Source: Elainellaceae cyanobacterium (lineage in GTDB: Bacteria > Cyanobacteriota > Cyanobacteriia > CAKZMO01). From it: a DNA stretch of 57,717 nt. Made by a program: the position numbers and the translations under genes. The notes beneath the pieces were generated by a model, which was not told the DNA's origin, ran no database searches, and saw only the letters and a list, made by a program, of their open reading frames with translations. The DNA lies in contig JBHJGR010000284.1 of the NCBI GenBank assembly GCA_050331615.1, positions 1 to 57,717 on the forward strand, given 5' to 3'. Positions 39,963 through 48,990 of this stretch are shown piece by piece (within the stretch, counting starts at the first letter, position 1; every line of letters starts with the position of its first letter).

Positions 39963-40981
39963 GCAACCAACCTCCGACCCACCGCAGTACAGATCTTATC
40001 CAGCACCTGCACCATCTGACTAAACTCATCAAAGGACAGTGCCTGCTCTTTATCACTCTTCGCATTGGCAGGGTCGGGATGCGTTTCAACCAGCAACCCA
40101 TCAATACCCAGAGCCGCCGCAGATTGTGCAACCAGAGGCACTTGCGCCGCAATTCCCATCGCGTGGGACGGATCAAGCACAATAGGCAGGTGGCTCAGCT
40201 CCTTCATCAGTGAGGCAGCGCAAACATCCAGACAAAAGCGAGTTTGTGGTTCAAAGGTGCGGATGCCCCGCTCACAGAGAATCACTTTGGGGTTGCCATT
40301 GCAGAGAATGAAGTCAGCCGCCTGCAAGAATTCCTTAATCGTGGTCATGAAACCGCGCTTCAGAACGATTGGCTGCTTCAACTGTCCACACATTGCCAGC
40401 AGCGAGAAGTTATACATGGACTTGGTGCCAATCTGAATAATATCAGCCACTTCCGCCACTTCTGCCAGATGGGTGGTGTCCTTGACTTCGGTAATAATTT
40501 TCATTCCGAATTCATCCCGCACTTTTGCCAGCAGCCTCAGACCTTCATGCGCCAGGCCCTGGAAAGAGTACGGAGAAGTGCGGGGTTTGAATGCACCAGC
40601 ACGGAACACTTTGATATCAAACTTGCTCCGCAAAAATTCAGCCGTCCGCATCACCTGGTCTTCCGACTCAACTGCGCAGGGTCCCGCCATCATAACGGTT
40701 AAGCCCCGACCAAACACAACGTCATTACCCAGGTCAATTACCGTATCCTGGCTCTGAAACTTGCGGGTGCAGAGTTGATACTCGGTTGACATTTCAATAA
40801 CCGACTCAACCCCATCTACGCTCTTGAGATAGTCAACATCTCCCTTCCATTTAGCAGAAGTTACCAGCAGGGTCTGCTCTCCCCAGGTCACTTCACGAGC
40901 CTCAACATCTTGTTGAGAAAACCATTGCTTCAACTGAGTGAGAGTTGCTTCAGTGGATGCCTGACTGAGTTTGATAATCAT
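39959..40981 (-). CDS. Class I-beta DAH7P-synthase-like aldolase with N-terminal ACT/ferredoxin-like domain
   Basis: AGPCAVES, FKPRTSPYSFQG, LKRG, CERGIRTFE, DPSH, ETHPDP..A.SD. Confidence 0.9.
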   Translation of the reverse strand: MIIKLSQASTEATLTQLKQWFSQQDVEAREVTWGEQTLLVTSAKWKGDVDYLKSVDGVESVIEMSTEYQLCTRKFQSQDTVIDLGNDVVFGRGLTVMMAGPCAVESEDQVMRTAEFLRSKFDIKVFRAGAFKPRTSPYSFQGLAHEGLRLLAKVRDEFGMKIITEVKDTTHLAEVAEVADIIQIGTKSMYNFSLLAMCGQLKQPIVLKRGFMTTIKEFLQAADFILCNGNPKVILCERGIRTFEPQTRFCLDVCAASLMKELSHLPIVLDPSHAMGIAAQVPLVAQSAAALGIDGLLVETHPDPANAKSDKEQALSFDEFSQMVQVLDKICTAVGRRLVA

Positions 40982-41030
40982 AATTTACCTATCAATAGAG
41001 TGGCTCAAAGGTGACAAAATTAGATCCGAT

Positions 41031-42065
41031 CTACAGCGCATGGCTGGAAATGATATCCCGTAACCAGACCAATCCAACACATTGTTCGGATACGTCTACA
41101 ACCGGGATTACATCAAACCCTGCATGGCGCTTGTCGAGTTCTCGTAACAGATGCAGCAGCCGCGTTTCTGGGGTGGCTACGAAGGGACGAGACGCCATCA
41201 AATCCTTGGCTTTCAGATCAGACAAATCAGGCTGAACAATCAGTCTTCTGCGAACATCTCCATCCGTAACCAGACCCAGAAGATGATTCTCGTGGTCAAC
41301 CACACAAGTACATCCAACTTGCTTGGTGTTCATCTCCAGAACCGTTTGACAGATATCTGTATCAGGAGTGACGCGGGGTACCTGATCACGTACTCGCATG
41401 ATGTCCGAGACGCGAAGATACAGATTCTTACCAAAGAGTTTGACCAGTTGCACCAGGTAATCTTCGTTCTTGAGAATGTAAGAACCGGAGATCAGGACAT
41501 CAACTTCCAACTCTCGCAGCAAAGCAGCGGATAGATGATTAACACCGCCATCAACGTGAACCTTAACCTTAGGGAAGGCCCTGCGAAACGCTTTGATCTT
41601 ATTGACAACTTGGTCATTAAACTGTCCACCGGAAACCCCAGGCGTGGCAGACATAAACAAGGCATAATCCAGAATCTGCGCTTTATCAAACAGCTCACTG
41701 ACTGGGGTCTCGGTATTGATTGCCAGTCCGAAATTACAGCCTACCTTGTGTCTGACTTCTTCGAGCTGAGACCAACTCAAATTATTCTCAACGTGAATAC
41801 AGAAGTAATCTTCTGGCTGCAGTTTGACGTCCTGCAGATGAGGTAAAGGATCCTCTACACTCAAATGAACATCAAAAGGTAGACAGGTATTGCGGCGTAA
41901 CTGTTCAATATCTTTCAAATGCAGCGTCTTAGCGTTGTCGCTAACATCATAATGAATAATATCAACACCTACAATGTCCAACTTCTTGAGTACATCGGGT
42001 AAAGCAACTGCACCATCAACAGCAGCTAATAAAGAACAGGAAATTTTAGGAATTTTGTTGAGCAT
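41031..42065 (-). CDS. Fusion of a ribulose-phosphate 3-epimerase-like domain and a KdsD-type CBS pair
   Basis: IHYD, DVHL, PGVSGGQF, VDGGVN, ISGS, followed by VSDIM...CVVD...GLVTDGDVRR...IPVVD. Confidence 0.8.
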   Translation of the reverse strand: MLNKIPKISCSLLAAVDGAVALPDVLKKLDIVGVDIIHYDVSDNAKTLHLKDIEQLRRNTCLPFDVHLSVEDPLPHLQDVKLQPEDYFCIHVENNLSWSQLEEVRHKVGCNFGLAINTETPVSELFDKAQILDYALFMSATPGVSGGQFNDQVVNKIKAFRRAFPKVKVHVDGGVNHLSAALLRELEVDVLISGSYILKNEDYLVQLVKLFGKNLYLRVSDIMRVRDQVPRVTPDTDICQTVLEMNTKQVGCTCVVDHENHLLGLVTDGDVRRRLIVQPDLSDLKAKDLMASRPFVATPETRLLHLLRELDKRHAGFDVIPVVDVSEQCVGLVWLRDIISSHAL

Positions 42066-42112
42066 GATAATGCCTCTCAAATTAGTAGTAATTCGTAAGA
42101 CTTAAAGAGTCG

Positions 42113-42841
42113 CTATACTCCTAGGAGTTGTTTGACCTTTTCAAGATCCTCTGGAGTATCGACCCCGATAGAATCGTAATTAACTAAACAGCATTGAATT
42201 TTATAGCCATTCTCCAGTATTCGAAGCTGCTCAAGCGACTCTGCAAGCTCTAGGGGAGTCTGTAGCATGCTCACATACTTTTCTAGGAAATCTTTCCGAT
42301 AACAGTACAAACCAATGTGCCGATAGTACTTCTTCTCATTCAGAGCACTCCGATAGAAGGGAATTGGATATCGGGAGAAATACAGAGCCTCGAGGTTATG
42401 GTTAAGTGCCACTTTGACCGTATGAGGAGATCTAAGTTCTTCAAGATCACAAGATTCAACTACCGGCGTAGAACAAACGGCTTCTGGCGCGTCTAGCAAA
42501 GCTTGAATACAAGCATCAATTACAGTTGGATCAATTAGGGGTTCATCACCCTGAATATTCACGACTATGTCACAAACATCACGCTTGACTGCTTCGTAGC
42601 AGCGATCGCTTCCAGTCGCGATGTGCGTACCAGTCATCACCGCTCTGCCACCGAAAGATATAACATTGTCATAAATCCGCTGGTCATCTGTTGCAACCAG
42701 AACTTGATCCAGTAATTTGCTCTTTAAGCACTTCTCGTAAACCATCTGGATCATCGTCTTACCGCCAATGGTTGCCAGCGGCTTGCCCTCGAAGCGAGTT
42801 GATTTATAGCGGGCTGGGATAACGCCAATTACACTTGTCAT
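42113..42841 (-). CDS. kdsB: CMP-Kdo synthetase-like cytidylyltransferase (copy 2)
   Basis: IPARYKSTRFEGKPL, TGSDR, NIQGDEP, YFSRYPIP, HIGLY, ESLEQLRILENG, GVDTPED. Confidence 0.92.
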   Translation of the reverse strand: MTSVIGVIPARYKSTRFEGKPLATIGGKTMIQMVYEKCLKSKLLDQVLVATDDQRIYDNVISFGGRAVMTGTHIATGSDRCYEAVKRDVCDIVVNIQGDEPLIDPTVIDACIQALLDAPEAVCSTPVVESCDLEELRSPHTVKVALNHNLEALYFSRYPIPFYRSALNEKKYYRHIGLYCYRKDFLEKYVSMLQTPLELAESLEQLRILENGYKIQCCLVNYDSIGVDTPEDLEKVKQLLGV

Positions 42842-43649
42842 ATTATGTTAACCATTAGTAACTCAAGCGTGCGTTAGAGACTCTAGATATCCTACTTTTA
42901 GCTTATCAATTCAACCTTCTTAGGATGGCGGGTCTTATGCGATCGATGAAGTCAATAATAAGAAGTATACTTACCTGAAAACAAATTGGCCAGATAAAGC
43001 AGCATCTCCTTGTCAAAAGATAATGATCAGTGAGTAGAAACACTCCGGTTGAACACTGAGTTTAGCCGTCCTAAATAGGAATTTAAGTCGTTCTCAAACA
43101 GATTTCTAGAGCTGAAGAGATGTCTTCACTAAAAAAATATAGTACCCCCTATCTTATCTATCTACAAATAGACTCTCAGAGCCAAGCAAATCAAGGATTT
43201 CCAGAAGGTTCAGAAAGAGTTATAGGTTGGACTTCTTTAAAGATCACATAAACAAAGGGCTTAGCAAATTTGTTGACCTAAAGCTATATCTCACCAAAAT
43301 TTAATCATTTCTACCTGAAATCTTTATCCTCAAGTATCTCAGCTAATAAAAATTAGACTTTATGCTACTAGCTTCGTAAGCATCATAGAATCTAAGACAT
43401 TAGACCTAGTTTCACCACCTAACAGTTAGAGGAAAAACTTAGGCAATAATTTAGGATCACTGCAGCAGATCTCAGTGAGTTCTGCAGCCAATCGTTGTAG
43501 AAAGCGCAGGCCAGAGAGCTGTAAGTAGACAAATGCTGCATATCTACAACAGGCAAACGGTTATCAAGCAGACTGGTATCGATTCTCATCTATGCTGGCT
43601 CTGTTGCAGCGAATTATACGAATGAACTTATCTACTCTTACCTCGTAGA

Positions 43650-43743
43650 TAAGTGTCTAGCTATAAGCAAAGCCATCGGGATGCGCCCCCTACCAGGAGG
43701 CGCATCCCAATAATAGCTCCGTTTACTTGTGACCACCTACTTA
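43650..43743. mobile_element. MITE-like element, family A
   Basis: taagtg...cctactta termini; gggatgcgcc...ggcgcatccc hairpin. Confidence 0.65.
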
Positions 43744-43747
43744 GTAT

Positions 43748-45280
43748 TTATTCAGATACTTCCCAAAGGTCTTCCATCATCTCAACCTGACCAGGGCAAG
43801 TTGGTTTTTGCGTGCGCTGAACAATTTTAACAGCAACCTGCTCAGTAGAAATAGCGCCTTGACGACCAATAGGGGTATTGGTCTGATCCGTCAAAAGTTT
43901 GGGGGGCCTAACTAGTAGAAAACAAGCTTGCGGATATTCTGCTGCCGCTACTTTGGTCAGTCCCTCGATCGCATATTTAGCGCTGGTGTAGTGGGGCCAG
44001 TCACTTGGTGAGGACTGAGAGACCACAACTGATGAAATGATAACAACAGAACCTGAATTCTCAGATAGCAGGTTGAGAAAAGCTGACATTGGCACGCTCA
44101 TCAGCGCGAGGCTTTTACTCACATAATCATTGACTCGTGCGATCGCCGTTGGTTCAACCCAGAGGGGTAAAATTGCAGGACAGGCATTGCAGATCAAGAA
44201 GTCCAATTTGCCATACTTTTCAAGAATCTCCTGCTGAGCCGCAAGACACCAGGAGAGTTCCGAGGCATCTCCCTGCATCAGCACGATCTCGCCTGATGCA
44301 TCTGCTAGCGCAGTTTGCAGTTGCTCTGCCTCAGAACGACTGCGAAGAAAGTTGACCAGAACGGTGCATCCCTGCAAAGCTAGAGATTGGGCGATCGCCG
44401 CTCCCAACCCCCGACTGGCTCCTGTTACCAGAGCAACCTTACCCTTGAGAGCATCGGATCGGGGCATCAAGGCTTCAATTGAGGTTGTGGTACTGGTCGG
44501 AGCAGCCGGACGAATAAAGGATTGAATCTCTCCGCGTGCCAGAGGCATTCCATCGGCAGCTAGCTCGACTCTGGTTCGCAGCAGATTGTAGCGATCGTCA
44601 AGCTGAATTAAAGATGCTTTATAAGAAAATGCTTCAGTGAGATCAGGAATAGACTCTTCCAGATTCAAAGAGAACTTAGAGAACAGAGCTTGAGTTCCCG
44701 GCAACTCCATTCCCACAAAGTAGCTTGCCCACAGAAGGATAGCGACTTCAACTTCCCCAATTCCCTTTTGAGACAAACTCAAATTATTGATTAATTTCCT
44801 TAACGCCTCGATTTCAGGACAGTAAGTTTCTTCAATCTGAAGTCCCTCAGTTAAATCGGATGTGGACAATATTGCCGCTTCAGTACGAGCTGCGTAAGGG
44901 GCAGCGGCTTTGATTCGAGAAGGTTTTCCGGGAGAGAAGTGAGCCGTCACCTTTGACATTAACCGTCTACCATCAAAAATCCGGATGACTGCCTTTTCTG
45001 AGGTAGTTTCATTTATCTCAAAAGAGTACGGAAGATCGACAAATAGAGGGGCTGGAAACTCCAAAACAATTTTGCTCAATCGCATCTCCGGGCGATCCTG
45101 TAAGTGGCTTAAGCCAAACAGTCCGCCAAGAATTCCGAATACCACACGATTGGCAAAGGGAGTTTTGCGAGCGTAATCATCGGAAAGATGGAGTGGATTG
45201 CGATCGTGGCTTGCCTGACTGAACAGTTCCAGATCATCAATGGAAAAGCGAACTAGAGTTTTAGCCTGTGAAGATTCCAT
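43748..45280 (-). CDS. MaoC (hotdog) dehydratase - SDR reductase fusion
   Basis: SHDRNPLH hydratase motif, second hotdog-like VGMELPG, SDR TGASRGLG and YTSAK. Confidence 0.82.
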   Translation of the reverse strand: MESSQAKTLVRFSIDDLELFSQASHDRNPLHLSDDYARKTPFANRVVFGILGGLFGLSHLQDRPEMRLSKIVLEFPAPLFVDLPYSFEINETTSEKAVIRIFDGRRLMSKVTAHFSPGKPSRIKAAAPYAARTEAAILSTSDLTEGLQIEETYCPEIEALRKLINNLSLSQKGIGEVEVAILLWASYFVGMELPGTQALFSKFSLNLEESIPDLTEAFSYKASLIQLDDRYNLLRTRVELAADGMPLARGEIQSFIRPAAPTSTTTSIEALMPRSDALKGKVALVTGASRGLGAAIAQSLALQGCTVLVNFLRSRSEAEQLQTALADASGEIVLMQGDASELSWCLAAQQEILEKYGKLDFLICNACPAILPLWVEPTAIARVNDYVSKSLALMSVPMSAFLNLLSENSGSVVIISSVVVSQSSPSDWPHYTSAKYAIEGLTKVAAAEYPQACFLLVRPPKLLTDQTNTPIGRQGAISTEQVAVKIVQRTQKPTCPGQVEMMEDLWEVSE

Positions 45281-45438
45281 AATTTCTTTCAACCTGATAG
45301 TTCGCAACCAATGTTTGTGTTAACTACACACCAGTACTTACCCAGCCTTCATCAAAAATTTGGGATGGGGGGGGTAGAAACTCCAAGAGCGCCCCCGTAC
45401 TCTACTTAAACATTAAACAGAAAAATCAGCGAGTTTGT

Positions 45439-46545
45439 TTACTCTGACTGAGAATGAACTGTTCTTAAATCAAGGCTATCAAGCCATTCAATAACTTCGG
45501 GATTTTCCGCAGCCCACTGCTGGCACTGCGCTCTAACCTGCTGTAAATGCTCATCGACATTTTCTGACGTGACATAGACTCCAAAGTCGTCAGGTACGGT
45601 GTCGACCTGATGATTGAACATTCGGTTGAGAAGCAGGTTGCCAGTCGTATAAGTGTAATGAGATGGGTCTTCGTAATACTCCATCACCTCTTTAATAGGC
45701 TCAGTCGTAATGCTGTTACACCCTGAAAAGTCCCACACTGGGTGAATACTGATCACTTCACGAACCCACTGTGCATAAGTAGGCCAGTAATTTTCTATTC
45801 TTGAAGAATAGAAGTGGGTTACGTGACTAGGCGATAAAAAAAACTTAACGTCAATCCCCTCAGTACGGGAGGTTTCTACTTTGGCACGGAAACTATCAAT
45901 GGCTTCCTCTGACAATTCATAGTCCCAGTACATCTGGGCGGGTTCGGAAAAGTCTGTTTGAAGTTGCGTCTCAAACTGACGAATTCTGGTCAACCCAATT
46001 TCATGTTTGTAAGTTCCATCTTCATCAAAATATACTCCCCGCTCCTCAGGATTGAGAATCAGATTGAGAGAATCTAGGGACAAGTACAATCCAAAAAGAT
46101 CATTTAGAATTGGATGAGGCAAATCTAATCTTTCGCTTGAGAAACCAGTTTCCACAGTATTATTTTGATTGAACGCAAAGAAATTCAGCTCGACGATAAC
46201 CCGCTCGAGATCTTCTACATGTCGATTTGTGTACTGAAAAAACCGTTTTAATTCGTAGGCATTGGCAGCTAGGATCGAGAGGTTATAGACCGGAGCGTAG
46301 GATAAGGATATTGCAGAAACATAATCAGGATCCAGTCCTCTGGCAACACCAGATGCACCAATCAGAACAGTCTTGGGTTCAGCCTGAAGAACTTTATAAG
46401 CTTTGACGAGTCGATCATTGTTAACTCGTCCGCCCCCTTTACGGATACCGTAGGGATCTACTAAGAGATTAGTCGTAAATATACTGAGAAGGTAGACTGC
46501 GGCACAACTGCAGAAAGCTTTGATGAACTTACTGTACTGAGACAT
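45439..46545 (-). CDS. Membrane-anchored SGNH-like (DltD/AlgJ-like) MBOAT partner
   Basis: N-terminal transmembrane helix ending NLLVDPYG; IGAS, YNLS, C-terminal DPSH (DxxH). Confidence 0.6.
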   Translation of the reverse strand: MSQYSKFIKAFCSCAAVYLLSIFTTNLLVDPYGIRKGGGRVNNDRLVKAYKVLQAEPKTVLIGASGVARGLDPDYVSAISLSYAPVYNLSILAANAYELKRFFQYTNRHVEDLERVIVELNFFAFNQNNTVETGFSSERLDLPHPILNDLFGLYLSLDSLNLILNPEERGVYFDEDGTYKHEIGLTRIRQFETQLQTDFSEPAQMYWDYELSEEAIDSFRAKVETSRTEGIDVKFFLSPSHVTHFYSSRIENYWPTYAQWVREVISIHPVWDFSGCNSITTEPIKEVMEYYEDPSHYTYTTGNLLLNRMFNHQVDTVPDDFGVYVTSENVDEHLQQVRAQCQQWAAENPEVIEWLDSLDLRTVHSQSE

Positions 46546-46679
46546 ATCACATCTTTGGGGAAAATACGACAGGGATTTCTACTTCCTTGAAGACTAAACT
46601 CTCTGGAAGAAACGGTAGAAGCGAGACCTTGACAGGGGCTTTTGACAAACAACCTGAGTTGCGTCTAGAGTTCTTTCAG

Positions 46680-46721
46680 GGTTTGATTTTTTAATAGCGA
46701 TCGCTATTAAAAAATCAAACC
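46680..46721. repeat. Perfect 42-bp palindrome centred on HIP1
   Basis: ggtttgattttttaatagcga|tcgctattaaaaaatcaaacc, with no spacer. Confidence 0.95.
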
Positions 46722-46733
46722 TCGAAGAAAATC

Positions 46734-48338
46734 TTAGAACTGGAAGTAAATAAATTCGCTAACTTGGCTAAGACCGAGAAATGCAATAACGGCGATCGCA
46801 CTAGTCAACCCTGCCCACAGCACAGTAGGACGCCACTCAGAATTTTTCCACACGATTGTCAACCAGCGGGGATGATGTTGCAGTTCATGGACGGGGTTGA
46901 AGTTCAGACCTGGTTCAAATCGTGCCATCCACTGTTGAGTATTGGGAAAGTAGAAAACAATCACCATCAATACTGCCAATCCCAATACACCAGCCTTGTT
47001 ATCCGGGAAGAGCTGGTTCGGGAAAATGGCTCCATCTGTCAGGGCGAACCCATTGGTACCCAGCATAGATGCAATGACCGTCATGGCATTGTCAACACTG
47101 GGTGCCCGGAAAAAGATCATGGCAACAACAACGGCTAGGAAAGTAATTCCCTGTCCAATCCGTTGCCCCAACCAATTCACTTTCTTTAAGTTGTAGCCTC
47201 TAGACTTTAAGATCATATGCCAGCCGTGGTTGACAGTAAGATAAAATCCATGCAAAAAACCAAATGCAATGTATTGCCAACCAGCGCCATGCCAGAGACC
47301 AGCAAGAAACATTGTAATAATCGTTGGAGTAGCGATCAGCTCGATGAAGGCTCCGAAACTGCCAACTCCACGCTTGATTAGACTCTTACCCTGTCTCATA
47401 CGACGGCGGGAGAAGTTTAGGGCGATCGGGTTATAGAGGTAGCGGGTTAAAAAGCGGGTCAGAGTCATGTGCCAGCGTCCCCAAAAGTCAATAATATTGA
47501 TTGCTTTATAGGGGGAATTAAAGTTAAGCGGGAGCTTGATGCCAAATAATCGAGCTGCACCAATCGCCATATCCGAATAACCGGAGAAGTCGAAGTAAAT
47601 CTGCATCGTATACGCCAGCGCTCCCATCCAGGCTTCTGGCATGCTCAGCGGCACGCCCTGACTGGCAGCATTGAAAACAGGAGTGGAGTAAAGGGCAATC
47701 TGGTCAGCCAGGATTACCTTCTTAAACAGCCCTATCGAGAAAATCGATAGACCGACCGCTACATCATCTTGATTCAACCCAAATTTCGATTGCTTTGAAA
47801 ACTGGGGCATCATCTCGTCATGATTAACAATGGGACCGGCGATCAGTTGGGGGAAGAAGGTCACGAAAAGGCAATAATCAAGGAATCGATAATGCCGGGT
47901 TTCCCCTTCCATGCTGTCCATCAAGTAAGAGATTTGCTGAAATGTATAAAATGAAATGCCTAGCGGTAAAATAATCTGGGCTATACTAAACGATGTTCCG
48001 ACAAGGGCGTTGACGTTATCAATAAAGAAGTTGAAATATTTATAGTAGCCAATTAGCCCTAAATTAAATACGACACCCAATACCAATAGGAATTTTCCCC
48101 GGTTTTCGTTCTCAGTAAGATGCGCCTGATTGAGTACCTGCCCTAGAGCGTAGTTCACCCCAATTGAGAGAAACAGCAGCAGCAAATAGGGCGGATTCCA
48201 CCAACCGTAGAAGAAAAAAGAAACCGTAATGAGCCAGAAGATTGGCGATCGCCGACTTCCCAGACGGCTGGTTAAATAAAATCCCAGCAGCGTAATCGGG
48301 AGGAAAAGTAATATGAATTCGTATGAGTTGAAAAGCAT
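46734..48338 (-). CDS. MBOAT O-acyltransferase (AlgI/DltB-like)
   Basis: MLFNS start, LPLGISFYTFQ, FPQLIAGPI, YFDFSGYSDMAIG, FWGRWHMTL, GLWHGA, C-terminal EFIYFQF. Confidence 0.95.
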   Translation of the reverse strand: MLFNSYEFILLFLPITLLGFYLTSRLGSRRSPIFWLITVSFFFYGWWNPPYLLLLFLSIGVNYALGQVLNQAHLTENENRGKFLLVLGVVFNLGLIGYYKYFNFFIDNVNALVGTSFSIAQIILPLGISFYTFQQISYLMDSMEGETRHYRFLDYCLFVTFFPQLIAGPIVNHDEMMPQFSKQSKFGLNQDDVAVGLSIFSIGLFKKVILADQIALYSTPVFNAASQGVPLSMPEAWMGALAYTMQIYFDFSGYSDMAIGAARLFGIKLPLNFNSPYKAINIIDFWGRWHMTLTRFLTRYLYNPIALNFSRRRMRQGKSLIKRGVGSFGAFIELIATPTIITMFLAGLWHGAGWQYIAFGFLHGFYLTVNHGWHMILKSRGYNLKKVNWLGQRIGQGITFLAVVVAMIFFRAPSVDNAMTVIASMLGTNGFALTDGAIFPNQLFPDNKAGVLGLAVLMVIVFYFPNTQQWMARFEPGLNFNPVHELQHHPRWLTIVWKNSEWRPTVLWAGLTSAIAVIAFLGLSQVSEFIYFQF

Positions 48339-48725
48339 TTTAGGATGAGGGGTTGGAGTATAACTGCAAACTTCTCTAGAATCACAGATAAATAGAATCT
48401 GAAATGTTACTTTGAAAATGGGCAAAGAGCAGCTTCGAAAGCAAACTCTAAAAAAATCTGCAATCCTGTCTCAGACTCAGGCAGACCCTCGGATTACAGA
48501 TAAATCAAAATCAGACTTCTACTGTCAGAAATGCGGCTTTACTAAATCTTCCAAAAGTTAGTTAGTCTGCGTTTCCTATCACGTTCGCGACCCTGAGGTT
48601 AATTGAACTTACTTCCGGTATGGTAAAGGGCAGCGAGCAATTTAGTACCTGAGAGGGCGGAGCACAATTTAAGTTGTAGAAAGAACTGTCGCAAGAAGAT
48701 TTTGAGTACCCCGCCTCCTCCAACG

Positions 48726-48980
48726 CTAAACGGTTAGCTTAGTTAGCTTAGTTTGAATCAAGTCAACGAATTCACCAACATTACTAAGCTGAGCGACCTC
48801 AGACGTTTTGAACTTGATACCGAATTCCTGCTCAACTCCCAATACTAAATTGATATGAGCCATTGAGTCCCAGCCACTGACATCTTTCGCAGAAGTATTG
48901 TCTTCCACCGTGATGTCGTCATCATCGAATACATCCTGAAAGATCGTATTGAGTTGCTCGTAAATTTCTTCGCGGTTCAT
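48726..48980 (-). CDS. Acyl carrier protein
   Basis: WDSMAH phosphopantetheine site, VEQEFGIKF, NVGEFVDLI. Confidence 0.92.
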   Translation of the reverse strand: MNREEIYEQLNTIFQDVFDDDDITVEDNTSAKDVSGWDSMAHINLVLGVEQEFGIKFKTSEVAQLSNVGEFVDLIQTKLTKLTV

Positions 48981-48990
48981 CGGATATCTC

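Noticed and set aside
39959-40981. Calling this gene kdsA or housekeeping aroF
   Set aside because: It has KPRT rather than KANRS, so it is not KdsA; the altered GAR motif and context argue against a confident aroF call.
39560-42600. Apparent lack of HIP1 as evidence of recent transfer
   Set aside because: Core genes psbB and kaiC also show multi-kb HIP1 gaps, so this is not diagnostic without statistics.
43419-43589. 56-aa minus-strand ORF (MRIDTSLL...) in the AT-rich gap
   Set aside because: It has no recognisable motif, overlaps a taagtag repeat fragment, and cannot be supported.
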